Shown here one piece after another: positions 18,953 through 29,154 of a stretch of DNA of 64,000 nt. A model generated the notes under the pieces. That model did not search any database. It was not told the DNA's origin and was given only the letters and a program-made list of their open reading frames with translations. A program made the position numbers and the translations under genes. The DNA is from Candidatus Komeilibacteria bacterium. Lineage in GTDB: Bacteria > Patescibacteriota > Patescibacteriia > UBA1558 > 2-01-FULL-52-15. Position 1 is the first letter of the stretch; every line of letters starts with the position of its first letter. The stretch lies in assembly GCA_043801745.1 (NCBI GenBank), contig JAZDLR010000016.1, positions 70,331-134,330 of the forward strand. The letters are read 5' to 3'.

Positions 18953-19445
18953 TATTATTTAGAAAAAACGATCATATCAAAGATGTTAATGTGGAAATTT
19001 TTAATGCGGTTGAATTCATTAGAAATTGACCAAAATTTTCTACCGAATTTGACAAATAATTTGCGCGCGAAAAATCAGCTTGCTAAAATACAGTTGTAAA
19101 GCAGTATTTTTTTGCTGCTGAAGACGGCGCAAAATATTTAGCATCAGCAAGAAAATATTAATTTGCGGGAATTTTTTCCGTCAGACAGGAAAATAGACGG
19201 CGGAATAATTTCGGGATAACCCGCGTTCGGCTGGGTAAATAACCAAACACCCTATCCGAAGACGGGGTGTTTGGGAAAAGCGATTGTGAAGACTATCTTT
19301 TATGATAGCCCTCATTTGCATACTAAAATATTCGTTGTTCTTTGTCAAAGGACGGTTCTCCTCCCTCAATCGAGACCTGAGGGAGGAGAAATCCGGTCCT
19401 AATATTTACTAATTAAGCCCTTGCGGGCATTAACGAAAAGCGATT

Positions 19446-19847
19446 ATGGACTTAAATAAAGTCACTTTGATCGGCAATATGGTCAAAGATCCGGTGTTAC
19501 GTAAAACACCAAGCGGTCAATCACTGGTCAGCACCGGTTTGGCCACTAATTATGTTTGGAAAGATCTTCAATCCAAACAAACTAAGAAGTCAGTGGAGTT
19601 TCATAATGTCGTGGCCTGGGGCAAGTTGGCCGACATCATGAGCGAATATCTGAAAAAGGGCTCCAAGGTTTATATTGAGGGCCGTTTGCAGAGCCGTAAC
19701 TGGACGGATAAGACCGGCAAAAAAAGATATTCCACGGAAGTGGTGGCCGAAGATTTAATAATGCTGGGTCATCGAAATAAAGAAAGCAAAGAGAGCACAG
19801 CTAAGGCTTTAGCCAAAGAAGAACCGGCCGTCGAGGACTTGGAATAA
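19446..19847 (+). CDS. ssb: single-stranded DNA-binding protein
   Basis: OB-fold pattern VTLIGN...EFHNVVAWGKLAD...VYIEGRLQSRNW...EVVAEDL and acidic C-terminal tail (EDLE). Confidence 0.85.
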   Translation: MDLNKVTLIGNMVKDPVLRKTPSGQSLVSTGLATNYVWKDLQSKQTKKSVEFHNVVAWGKLADIMSEYLKKGSKVYIEGRLQSRNWTDKTGKKRYSTEVVAEDLIMLGHRNKESKESTAKALAKEEPAVEDLE

Positions 19848-19950
19848 TCAGCAACGTTGTTGTTTTGAGCTTGAGCCGGAAGTTTCGTCCCTGTTCTTCC
19901 GGTTTTTGCTCAAGACAGGCGTTAGGTTTAATAATTAGAAATAAAGAATT

Positions 19951-22320
19951 ATGAAAAAAATAATTATTATTTTCTGGCTGCTACTTTTTCCCTTTCTAGC
20001 TCAAGCCCAAATGATCTTTACTGAAATTATGTACGATCCGGCGGGGGCAGATGGCGGTAATGAATGGGTAGAGGTCTATAACAACGCCGCTGATCCGGTA
20101 ACTCTTGACTCTGGTTGGCGTTTTACAGATAGCAGCAACCATACTTTGAATTTAACTCAAGGCACGTCAACAATCGCCGTTGGTCAATTTGCTATAATCG
20201 CTGATAATGCCACGAATTTTTTAACCGCTAACCCGGTGTTTTCCGGTAATCTTTTTGATTCGGTTGTTAATATCAACAATAACTCCTCCACTATCGCCCT
20301 GAAAAATAATAACGAACCAATTGCCAGTCTAATCTTTGATTCTGGCTGGGGCGCGGCAGGCAATGGCATGACTCTAGAAAAAATTAACTTTGATGGTGGC
20401 GATGAACAAGGTAATTGGCAGGAATCGTTCGTTAATGGTGGCACTCCAGGGCGGGCTTCGTCGGTTAAGCCGGAATCATTAGCAACCACCACCATTGAAT
20501 ATTCAGGATTGAGGATCAACGAAATGTTGCCTGATCCGGTCGGTGATGATGCTGCCGGAGAATGGATCGAACTGGTAAATAATTCTGATCTGGACTTGCC
20601 CCTGGTTGGAGTAATAATTACAGACGGTTCAGGATCAAACTATATTTTTGCTTCCAGTACCATAGCAGCAAAAAATTATTGGCTCTTATCGCGGCCCATT
20701 TCTGACATTGCTTTAAATAATAGTAGCGACACTTTAACATTGAAAGATCCGCAGGGAGCCACAATTGATGCGGTTTCTTATACCGGCAGCGTGGAAGGTA
20801 AATCCTGGGCTTTGATTGATAATCGTTGGATCTGGTCGCGGCAGCCGACTCCAGGTGCTGCAAATATTTTACCTCTTAATCATAAACCAGAGATCGGCTA
20901 TTCCATTAGTTCTCTGACGGCCGAGCCTAAAAAAAGTATTTTGTTCGATGCTTCAACCTCGCGTGATCAGGATGGAGACGAACTGACTTATTATTGGGAT
21001 TTTGGCGACAATGATTTTAGTAACCGGAAAAGCATCAGTCATAAATATGCCGATGAAGGTGAATATCTTACTTTGTTACGAGTACAAGATTCGTCCGGAG
21101 CTTTAGCAGAACAAACTTTTAAAATCACAATTATGTCCGCTGTTTCGGCCGCCAAATCTATGGAGACCGCCCAGATAACCAGCCAAACCACCAGCGCCAC
21201 TACAACCGGCTCTTTGTCTGACACAGTCAAGATTAGCGAGTTTTTACCCGACCCTGTTGGCAACGATAATAGTGAGTGGATCGAACTATATAATAGCGGG
21301 GACGCGGACGTTATTTTGGATAATTGGAAGCTGGATGATATTGAGGGTGGCAGCCGGCCCTTTATTTTTCCTCAAGGAACAGTCATTAAACCGGGCGAAT
21401 ATCAAGTTTGGTCCAAAGCAGCAACCAAACTGGTATTGAATAATACGACCGATGGTGTCCGATTACTCTGGCCTGATGGACAGGTGAGTGATTCTATTGA
21501 CTATGATGCGACTAAGAAGGAGGGGCAATCATACGAAAAAAATTTTGCTGATGACGAGTGGCAGTGGCAAACAGTTCCTACGCCCGGACTACCTAGAATA
21601 GAAGTTTTAGGATTAGAAACTACCAGTCAGCCAGTGGCCACCTCATCGGATTTGATTTTGCCTGCCAACAGTATCATGGCGCGGGTTATTGTTCCGCCCG
21701 GAACCTGGGCTAAGCAGAAAATGTTTGTGCGTTTAGTTGGCGCTGACAGTTGGGCCGAGGTTTATCAATATAAAGGACAGTTCCCAGAAATTAAATCAGG
21801 CGACATAATTGTTGTCAGTGATGCGGTAATTGGCAGTGTTTCCGGAACACCCAGATTAAAAATAGCCGGAGCAGATCAGATTGCGGTCACCGGTCACGAC
21901 GACATTATTTGGGATGAACCGATTAATATTTCCAGCCTGTCTGATAATGATGTAGGTAGCACAATAACCTTGGCCGGCTTGATTGATACCAGCAACAAGT
22001 CATCTCTTACGTTGGTTGATGATGAAGGCGAAACTATTAAGGTTACTTTAGCGCCGAATAATACGGTCCCATTGACCAAGAATGTACGCGCGACTATCCA
22101 CGGTATCTTACAGAAAAATTCTACCGGCTTGTATCTGCGGTTGATTTCTAACAATGACGCCACTTTGGATGAACAGGTCGGGATCGTTCAGCAGACAACA
22201 ACATCAACAACCACGACCCTTCCGGCCCAAACCAAGGACTGGTCCGGTTGGATTGCCGGAATAGTAACCGCGTTTGGTGGATTGGCTTACGCCGGATATA
22301 AATGGTGGTTTGTTAAATAA
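19951..22320 (+). CDS. large secreted surface protein with three lamin-tail (LTD) domains, one PKD-like domain and a C-terminal TM anchor
   Basis: Signal peptide. LTD signatures FTEIMYDPAG...NEWVEVYN, RINEMLPDPVGDDAAGEWIELVN and KISEFLPDPVGNDNSEWIELYN. PKD motif YYWDFGDND. C-terminal WIAGIVTAFGGLAYAGYKWW. Confidence 0.75.
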   Translation: MKKIIIIFWLLLFPFLAQAQMIFTEIMYDPAGADGGNEWVEVYNNAADPVTLDSGWRFTDSSNHTLNLTQGTSTIAVGQFAIIADNATNFLTANPVFSGNLFDSVVNINNNSSTIALKNNNEPIASLIFDSGWGAAGNGMTLEKINFDGGDEQGNWQESFVNGGTPGRASSVKPESLATTTIEYSGLRINEMLPDPVGDDAAGEWIELVNNSDLDLPLVGVIITDGSGSNYIFASSTIAAKNYWLLSRPISDIALNNSSDTLTLKDPQGATIDAVSYTGSVEGKSWALIDNRWIWSRQPTPGAANILPLNHKPEIGYSISSLTAEPKKSILFDASTSRDQDGDELTYYWDFGDNDFSNRKSISHKYADEGEYLTLLRVQDSSGALAEQTFKITIMSAVSAAKSMETAQITSQTTSATTTGSLSDTVKISEFLPDPVGNDNSEWIELYNSGDADVILDNWKLDDIEGGSRPFIFPQGTVIKPGEYQVWSKAATKLVLNNTTDGVRLLWPDGQVSDSIDYDATKKEGQSYEKNFADDEWQWQTVPTPGLPRIEVLGLETTSQPVATSSDLILPANSIMARVIVPPGTWAKQKMFVRLVGADSWAEVYQYKGQFPEIKSGDIIVVSDAVIGSVSGTPRLKIAGADQIAVTGHDDIIWDEPINISSLSDNDVGSTITLAGLIDTSNKSSLTLVDDEGETIKVTLAPNNTVPLTKNVRATIHGILQKNSTGLYLRLISNNDATLDEQVGIVQQTTTSTTTTLPAQTKDWSGWIAGIVTAFGGLAYAGYKWWFVK

Positions 22321-22371
22321 GAAACGCCGCCGAGCAAAGCTCGACGGCGTAGGTGTTCTGGTCGACTCAGA

Positions 22372-22593
22372 TTAAATGAGCCCCATCCGCTGAAGTTCTT
22401 CCTTTGGTATGATCAGGGCGTTCAGTACCTCGGTGATGTCTGGTCGTGACATTCCTAGAGCCAAACCCCAAGGGGAAAGCTTCTCCTCAATGCGGACTAT
22501 GGTGCGACCGTGCACACCTTGACGGATCAGATCCGTCCGCCTTTTGGCGAGCAGATCTTGGAGGCACCGAATTTCAATAACAGCAAGCATCAT
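22372..22593 (-). CDS. hypothetical small protein (GC-rich islet; possibly DUF433-like)
   Basis: Weak resemblance of HGRTIVRIEEKL...GMSRPDITEVL to the DUF433 pattern. Start ambiguous. Overlapped by an antisense ORF. Confidence 0.3.
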   Translation of the reverse strand: MMLAVIEIRCLQDLLAKRRTDLIRQGVHGRTIVRIEEKLSPWGLALGMSRPDITEVLNALIIPKEELQRMGLI

Positions 22594-22908
22594 GATGATC
22601 GGGAACGCCAGGCCAAGGGCCTCCAGTTCATTTCCCGATCGCAGCCTCTCCAGAGCTAGTGGTCGAAGTCTGGTTTGCCAGTTGCTCGCTTCAGTGCCTG
22701 AACTAGGAACCGCAGATCTTCCACAACGGCACATCACTACCTCCTTGGGTCGTAGAATGGGGGTGGATGGCGAGTCATCGCAGTCAGGAAACTACCGGAT
22801 CATAGCCCGGGCGGTGGGCTCCCCGGTAACACCTCAAAGCTCTTCGCCGTCCACTTAATAGGAACGATCGAGTGTGCTGAATATACTTTTTGGAGGCCAG
22901 ACTGTCAA

Positions 22909-22944
22909 CCCCGTTAGAAGTTTAATTGAAATGTTCTAACGGGG
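22909..22944. promoter_or_regulatory. palindrome CCCCGTTAGAA-N14-TTCTAACGGGG upstream of murD promoter (TTGACC at ~22955)
   Basis: Perfect 11-bp inverted repeat arms. Confidence 0.55.
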
Positions 22945-22989
22945 TCAATAGCATTGACCAATGTTGGGTTTTTTTCTAAGCTAAGACCG

Positions 22990-24336
22990 ATGAAACTTAA
23001 TTATCAGGATAAAAACGTAGCTGTTCTAGGATTTGCCATTGAGGGCCAGGCAATGACCGATTTTTTATTAAACCGCAACTGTCATATTACAGTCTATGAT
23101 GATAAAGAATTAGACGAGGAAGTGCGGCGGAAGTATGAGGCTCGGGGAGTAATTTTTCATGCCGGACCATTTGGCGATCTTACCGGTTTTGACGTTATCA
23201 GCCGTACACCGGGTATGCGTTTAGACCGAGCAGAAATTCAACAAGCTAGTGCCGCCGGAGTACCGGTTATCTCTAATACTAAATTGTTTTTGGATGAAGC
23301 CAAGGGCAAAGTAATTGGTATTACGGGTACTAAAGGCAAGGGCACCACGGCGCAACTTTTGTATAACATTATTTCTTCAAGTAGGGACAATGTTTTTCTC
23401 GGCGGCAATATCGGACAATCGCCGCTACAGTTTCTGTCTCAATTGAATGATAAGTCGATTGCAATTTTAGAATTATCCAGCTTTCAGTTAGCTGATGTGA
23501 CGAAAAGTCCGCAAATAGCTATTGTTTTAATGGTGACCTCGGAACATTTGGATTATCATCCGACGTCTGAATCTTATATTGACGCCAAAGCCGGTATTGC
23601 CAAGTTTCAGCAAGCTGATGATGTTATAATTTTTAACTCTGATTATCCTAACTCAGTGACTATTGCCAAACAATCGTTAGGGAGGAAGTTAGCAGTAAGT
23701 AGAAAGAAGTTAGAAGGCGAGGGGTGTTTCGTAGATAATGGTTGGATTATGATGCGTCTCGGTCAAACGGAAGAAAAAATTATGCCGGTAGCAGATATTG
23801 CTTTGGTAGGCCAACACAATTGGGAAAACGTTTGCCCGGCGATTTTAGCCGCTAAGCTCATTGGTATTGATAATAAATTTATCATTGACGCGATTAAAAA
23901 GTTTCAGGGCTTGGAGCATCGTTTAGAATTCGTGGCCGAAAAGAGAGGCGTTAAATATTACAATGATTCTATCTCCACTACACCGGAATCAACTATCGCG
24001 GCCATTAAATCCTTTAGTCAGCCTAAAATATTAATTCTCGGTGGTTCAAGTAAGCAGAGTGATTTTTCTTTATTGGCACAGACGATAAAAGAAAATGACG
24101 TTAGGGCAATTATTGGTGTGGGGCAAGAATGGCCCCGGATCAAAGAAGTTTTGTGGAATACTACCAGTCATTTGATTGAAAATTTAACTACTATGGAGGA
24201 AATTGTTGAGGCGGCGAGAAAGGCAGCTAAACCCGGTTATGTGGTTCTGCTGTCACCGGCTTGCGCCAGCTTCGGTCTGTTTAAAGACTATAAAGACCGC
24301 GGTCGACAGTTCAAAGAAGCCGTGGATAAACTATAA
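22990..24336 (+). CDS. murD: UDP-N-acetylmuramoyl-L-alanine--D-glutamate ligase
   Basis: GITGTKGKGTT P-loop, VISRTPGM, HNWENV. Mur ligase length. Start taken at MKLNYQDK (ORF track starts 22954). Confidence 0.85.
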   Translation: MKLNYQDKNVAVLGFAIEGQAMTDFLLNRNCHITVYDDKELDEEVRRKYEARGVIFHAGPFGDLTGFDVISRTPGMRLDRAEIQQASAAGVPVISNTKLFLDEAKGKVIGITGTKGKGTTAQLLYNIISSSRDNVFLGGNIGQSPLQFLSQLNDKSIAILELSSFQLADVTKSPQIAIVLMVTSEHLDYHPTSESYIDAKAGIAKFQQADDVIIFNSDYPNSVTIAKQSLGRKLAVSRKKLEGEGCFVDNGWIMMRLGQTEEKIMPVADIALVGQHNWENVCPAILAAKLIGIDNKFIIDAIKKFQGLEHRLEFVAEKRGVKYYNDSISTTPESTIAAIKSFSQPKILILGGSSKQSDFSLLAQTIKENDVRAIIGVGQEWPRIKEVLWNTTSHLIENLTTMEEIVEAARKAAKPGYVVLLSPACASFGLFKDYKDRGRQFKEAVDKL

Positions 24337-24378
24337 AAATTATATCCCCGTCGAGCTGAGCCCGGCGGGGATATTTGG

Positions 24379-25104
24379 TCATCTACCGATTCTGGTGGAG
24401 ATAGGAAATGGAGGATCGTTCAGGATCCAACGGTGATGGCGTAGGTGTCCGAGTGATTCCCCCGGTTGTGGGTAGGCGCCACTACTAGCGGGTTTAGTGT
24501 AGATGCCGTAGGGGTCAATTTTTTGCCAGCTGGCACCCTTGCCTTTGTGCTCGAAAACCTCAATGTGAAGCTGGATGATACGCTTAGTACGCCCGGTATT
24601 TCCGGCTCGTCCGAGGTAGTCGCCGCAATCAATCTTGGCTTCCTTAAACTGCCAACGGTCAGCTTCATCAGCTGGCAGGTGAGGGATAGCTTTGTTGACC
24701 GTGGCGAGATGAGCATAGATAGTGCGGTAAACAGTAGTCTGACCGCGCCGCGGCTCGGATGTTACGGCTACGAAGCGGCCCCAGCTTGAGCTGGTCCCTT
24801 GGTAGGCTGTGCCGGCATGCATACCAAAAACTTCAAAACCTAAAGCCCGTAAGCCTTGGGTATTGAAGTGAGAGCCGGGCGCCAGCTGGACACCGTCAGC
24901 AAAAGAGAGTCCTTTGCCAACCGGCAGAACATAGTCAATGCCCCGGTGTATCTCCCCTGGCGGATCACCCAGAACACCATCGTAAACAGGAAATCCTTCC
25001 ACTAGCCGCACTCGTGGGTTAGAAAAGGGGTAACACTCCAGAAACTTTGGCATTATTGTAGTCTCCTGTTGAGAGAAAGGACGCATTTTCTTTGAGACTA
25101 TCAT
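24379..25104 (-). CDS. M23-family metallopeptidase
   Basis: H-x-x-x-D (HRGIDY), YAHL and LHIEV (HxH) motifs of the lysostaphin-type M23 family. Confidence 0.7.
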   Translation of the reverse strand: MIVSKKMRPFSQQETTIMPKFLECYPFSNPRVRLVEGFPVYDGVLGDPPGEIHRGIDYVLPVGKGLSFADGVQLAPGSHFNTQGLRALGFEVFGMHAGTAYQGTSSSWGRFVAVTSEPRRGQTTVYRTIYAHLATVNKAIPHLPADEADRWQFKEAKIDCGDYLGRAGNTGRTKRIIQLHIEVFEHKGKGASWQKIDPYGIYTKPASSGAYPQPGESLGHLRHHRWILNDPPFPISTRIGR

Positions 25105-25152
25105 AGAATAATCTTTTTCTGCAAAAGTTCAAGGGGCGAGCAGTTGAGACGA

Positions 25153-26154
25153 CTAAATTTTGTCCTTACTTTCAGAAAAATAGATATTGTCTTGAGGTAA
25201 TCCCAGTACCGTTAATTTATCAATCAGCCAGGATTTCATGGCAATTTCCGTATCGAAATTAATTGGCTGGCCGTCAACTATAGCTGTCCAACGGTTAACG
25301 CTGCGTAAGACATCCATTTTGTTGATGACTAGATGATTGACGGCGTTCAGCCGGATGCCTTTTTCCAGAAGATTCCAATCTAACCAATTACATTGGCGGG
25401 CACGGCCAGTAGTGGCGCCGTATTCTTCGCCGGCTTCACGGATTTTGACGAAAATAGAATCGTCCGGCTCAAATTTTTTGGCTCCCACATAGGTTTCATA
25501 AATTTTCACTACACCCCAGACATCTCTGATGGCAGTGTGAGGAAGGGCATTCATTAGCGCGCCAGCTACAGTGGCATGAGAAGAGGTGACATAGGGGTAA
25601 TCACCCCAGTCAATATCTAAGCCGAAACCTTGCGCGCCCTCACCTAAGACATAAACTTCTTTAGGATTATGATGCAGCTCCTGATACAAATCAAGCAAAT
25701 AAGGTTGTAATTCCGGCACTGCTTCGGCACGGATTCCGGTGCGGGCGTATTTATCACGGTAAGCCGGACCATTGCCGGTTTTCGTCGTGCCAATGGAACT
25801 GTCAGCGCTGTCTTCTTTTAAATGTTCCTCGGTAATAACGTGAGTGTTGTTAGCAATAAAAATTTTACCTTCAGTATTTATGCCGCCGCCCTGTAATTCT
25901 TTTAACTCAGACAGAAATTTTTTCGGGTTGACTACACAGCCAGGACCAATAATTGACTTGATACCGAAAAAAACACCAACTGGAATGTGGTGCGTGATAA
26001 ATTTTTTACCCTCGTGAAAAATAGTATGGCCGGCATTACCGCCGCCATTGTAGCGGAGGACGTGAGTATAACCGGCGGTTTTACAAAGATGATGAGCGAC
26101 CTTGCCTTTGGCGCAATCGCCGTATTGCAGGTCTACAATGATGTCAGCAATCAT
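25153..26154 (-). CDS. purA: adenylosuccinate synthetase
   Basis: DLQYGDCAKGK P-loop variant, NGGGNAGHTI and GTTKTGNGPAY motifs. Confidence 0.9.
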   Translation of the reverse strand: MIADIIVDLQYGDCAKGKVAHHLCKTAGYTHVLRYNGGGNAGHTIFHEGKKFITHHIPVGVFFGIKSIIGPGCVVNPKKFLSELKELQGGGINTEGKIFIANNTHVITEEHLKEDSADSSIGTTKTGNGPAYRDKYARTGIRAEAVPELQPYLLDLYQELHHNPKEVYVLGEGAQGFGLDIDWGDYPYVTSSHATVAGALMNALPHTAIRDVWGVVKIYETYVGAKKFEPDDSIFVKIREAGEEYGATTGRARQCNWLDWNLLEKGIRLNAVNHLVINKMDVLRSVNRWTAIVDGQPINFDTEIAMKSWLIDKLTVLGLPQDNIYFSESKDKI

Positions 26155-26163
26155 AATGTGGAA

Positions 26164-26820
26164 TTAGATATTGTTTAGTTCTTTATTTATCTTTCTATAA
26201 TGCCAGGCAAACCAAATCCCCCCGATTAAAGTGACCGCCGACAAGAAAATAAAAAGTGGATCGGTGGCCGACTTAACGCCGCTTCCAAGATAGGCCAGAG
26301 ATAGACTGCCACTGACGTGGCCAAGCGCCATTAGCGGTAAAAAGATTTTAGGTTTTATGGCCGACAGTCCGGCTAAATATGATATTTCATCATCAGGGAA
26401 CAACGGCAGAAAATAGGCAAGGAACAGTAGCAGTTTGCCCTTATCAAAATAATAGTCATACTTGGCTATTGTTTCCGGTTTGACTACGTGTTGAATAATT
26501 TTGCGACCAAAATATCTACCAAGATAGAACGCTATGGCTGTCCCCAGTACCCGCCCAATAAAGTTGTAAAGAAAACCCAGCCAGGTACCAAAGAGAAAAC
26601 CACCGGCCAATGAGACCGAATAATGACTGATCGGCGTAATGACGACCTGGGCGATTTGCAGAAGTATAAAAACCAGGGGAGAAAATATTCCAAAATGATT
26701 GACAAAATCTCTGATGGTCTCCTGGCTTCCGAAAAATTGCGAAGGGAAAATATAGCCAATAATCAATAGAGCAATTGGCGCCAAGGTAAAGAGATACCAG
26801 ATTAATCTAATTTTTTTCAT
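26164..26820 (-). CDS. TVP38/TMEM64 (DedA-like) family membrane protein
   Basis: Multi-TM protein with the YFLPLFPDDEISYLAG motif typical of the DedA/SNARE-associated family. Confidence 0.75.
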   Translation of the reverse strand: MKKIRLIWYLFTLAPIALLIIGYIFPSQFFGSQETIRDFVNHFGIFSPLVFILLQIAQVVITPISHYSVSLAGGFLFGTWLGFLYNFIGRVLGTAIAFYLGRYFGRKIIQHVVKPETIAKYDYYFDKGKLLLFLAYFLPLFPDDEISYLAGLSAIKPKIFLPLMALGHVSGSLSLAYLGSGVKSATDPLFIFLSAVTLIGGIWFAWHYRKINKELNNI

Positions 26821-26821
26821 A

Positions 26822-26850
26822 ATTGCAGGTCCACAATGATGTCAGCATGC
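26822..26850. repeat. direct repeat of the purA 5' end (second copy of ATTGCAGGTC[T/C]ACAATGATGTCAGCA; first copy at 26122-26149)
   Basis: 27 of 29 nt identical. The two copies bracket the dedA-like gene exactly. Confidence 0.7.
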
Positions 26851-27066
26851 GTAATTCGAGTATATTTTTTTATCCTTACCAAGTGTAACGGTAAAATAGT
26901 TCCAAGACAAGCTGATTTGGGGTTGTATCTTGACAAATTCAATTAGTTATGTTAATTTCTCATATTACTCTTGCATTGGCGCTTGCCTTTGCGAATGGTG
27001 TACATTTCCATATTTTCTATTCAATTTTTCCGTTTCTACCTCCCAACCTCATAAGGAGACTGGCCG

Positions 27067-28386
27067 ATGAATACAATGGCTCTACCGGGAATGTTTCCTC
27101 AGATCAAGCCTGGGGAAGTGTACGCTGATTGGACTGGGTCGGCTATTCCGCCGATCCATTTGATCGATCAGCATCATAAGTATTTGGGGGAGAACCTGAT
27201 CGGTAACCCGCACTCTCATCACCGACCGTCAGCTGAGGCGATGGAACGGGTTATGAGTACTCGGGCAGCGATCTTGCGTTATCTCCATGCTTCGCCCGAG
27301 GAGTACGAGGTGATTTTCGGTCCTGGTGCGACTGCTGCCATCCAGTTGGTGGGACAGCACTATAAGTGGGAGGGCGGCGAGTATCTGCTGACTGCCGACA
27401 ACCACAATTCCGTTAACGGAGTACGTGAAATGGCCAAACGCAATGGCGCAGTCGTCAGGTATGCTCCCATTACTGACGATCTGGTCATTGATGGCAACAT
27501 GCTAAGACGGATGCTGCGATTTCCGCGGTCTACTGGTAACAAGCTGTTTGCCTATCCGGCCAAGTCCAACTACTCCGGTGTGCTGCACAGTTTGGAGTGG
27601 GTCGGTCTGGCTCAGAGTCTGGGCTGGGAAGTGCTTCTGGATGCTGCGGCGTTTAACGCCAATAAGCGACTGGACCTTTCAGTCGTCAAGCCGGATTTTG
27701 TCCCGTTCTCTTTTTATAAGATGTTCGGGTTTCCGACCGGCCTTGGTTGTTTGGTCATCCGCAAGAGCGCTTTTGCCAAGCTGGCGCACAAGTGGTTCGC
27801 CGGTGGGTCTATTCTGTTGGTGGCTGTCATGCAGGACTTCTATGCTCCGGAATCTCTGGGGTATGCGAGGTTTGAACATGGTACCATCAACTTCGGTCAG
27901 ATTCCGGCTATTCAGACCGGTCTTCAGTTCATGGAGGACCTGGGGGATGGCGTTGGCGGGCATGCTGTTGATTTGGCTACCGCCCTCTACGATGAACTCG
28001 TGAACATGAAAGAGAATAGTTGTTCATTGCTGGTTCACAGCCCGCGTGGAACCGATACCGTTACCTTCAGTATGAAGAGCGGTGACCAGATCGTGGATGC
28101 TTGGGTATTTGAACAGGAAGCCAGTAAGCGCGGAGTGTTTGTTCGTTCGGGCTGCTTCTGTAACCCGGGTGTGAATGAAAAGGTGTTTGGGTACGGCATC
28201 GAGGCTTACGCTAATCTCTACAACGACGCCATCTTGCCGGAGGCCATCACCATTGAAAAGCTCCGGGAGTTTTCCGACGGAAAGCCAATCGGCGCTATCC
28301 GCGCGTCGTTCGGCTACGCCAACACAGTAGCTGATGTGGTGCGGTTTGCGTCTGTCACGCGGGATATCCTGCGCGCCGAAAAGTAA
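27067..28386 (+). CDS. class-V aminotransferase-fold PLP enzyme (MOCOS/NifS-like sulfurase family)
   Basis: GNPHSHHRPS...VIFGPGATAAIQLVG...LLDAAAF...SFYKMFGFPTGLGCLVIRK resembles the N-terminal domain of Mo-cofactor sulfurases and cysteine desulfurases. GC-rich. Confidence 0.65.
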   Translation: MNTMALPGMFPQIKPGEVYADWTGSAIPPIHLIDQHHKYLGENLIGNPHSHHRPSAEAMERVMSTRAAILRYLHASPEEYEVIFGPGATAAIQLVGQHYKWEGGEYLLTADNHNSVNGVREMAKRNGAVVRYAPITDDLVIDGNMLRRMLRFPRSTGNKLFAYPAKSNYSGVLHSLEWVGLAQSLGWEVLLDAAAFNANKRLDLSVVKPDFVPFSFYKMFGFPTGLGCLVIRKSAFAKLAHKWFAGGSILLVAVMQDFYAPESLGYARFEHGTINFGQIPAIQTGLQFMEDLGDGVGGHAVDLATALYDELVNMKENSCSLLVHSPRGTDTVTFSMKSGDQIVDAWVFEQEASKRGVFVRSGCFCNPGVNEKVFGYGIEAYANLYNDAILPEAITIEKLREFSDGKPIGAIRASFGYANTVADVVRFASVTRDILRAEK

Positions 28387-28557
28387 ACCGCTGTATTTAC
28401 CGGGGGGGATGGTCTTATCACCATCTCCCCCAACCTCTGTCGATTATTTCGGCACTGACGAGCCCAAAGGCACAAGCTAAAGGGTGAAAGGTTATAGGAT
28501 TGTTGGTCTAATAGACAGCAAACGTACGTTGATATTTCTCTAACCAAGGAGCACGCC

Positions 28558-29154
28558 ATGAAACCCGGTTTTTTTTCGGTAGGGAGTTTCATTGCTCAGC
28601 TGCCGACTCTGGTGGCTGGCCGCCGCTCGCTTTTTGCTTTGTTCAGCACTTACAATACGGTGGGCGGCCATCGGGATGGTCTGGTTGAGACGGGAATGGC
28701 CGATCTGTCGGTCATTGTTTCGGCTGGGGGGTATAAGATGAGTCTGGCATCGCTGATGGCAGCCACTACTGCCATGCAAGCCGGCAGCCGGGCCATCGCC
28801 CATGCGATCTTCGATGCCTCCCACGCTCAGGCTGCGGAAATTCAGCAGGAGGTGGGCCAGGAAGCGCAAACGGTCCTTGCAGAGGCGACTGACGATATCC
28901 TCGCCATCGTCTATGCGGGCTACAGTGCCTTCAATGCGGCGTTGGAGTTTGCCCAAAGGCTTCATTCCCAGCATCCGCGGGCGCAGGTGTATGTTCTGAC
29001 CTGCGATTGTGACCAGACCCGCAAGCAAGTCGAGTTGCGGTCCGCCATCGACGACGGTCTCATCACCGGCGCGATCGAGACCTGGAAATGCGGTGGGGTT
29101 TCGGACATGGGCGATCTTCTGGAAGCGCTGATCAGCGCCTGGAAGGCACGCTGA
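28558..29154 (+). CDS. hypothetical protein (GC-rich, paired with the MOCOS-like gene)
   Basis: AAGGAG RBS before the ATG. The antisense 213-aa ORF 28540-29181 is judged spurious (GC-rich antisense). Confidence 0.5.
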   Translation: MKPGFFSVGSFIAQLPTLVAGRRSLFALFSTYNTVGGHRDGLVETGMADLSVIVSAGGYKMSLASLMAATTAMQAGSRAIAHAIFDASHAQAAEIQQEVGQEAQTVLAEATDDILAIVYAGYSAFNAALEFAQRLHSQHPRAQVYVLTCDCDQTRKQVELRSAIDDGLITGAIETWKCGGVSDMGDLLEALISAWKAR

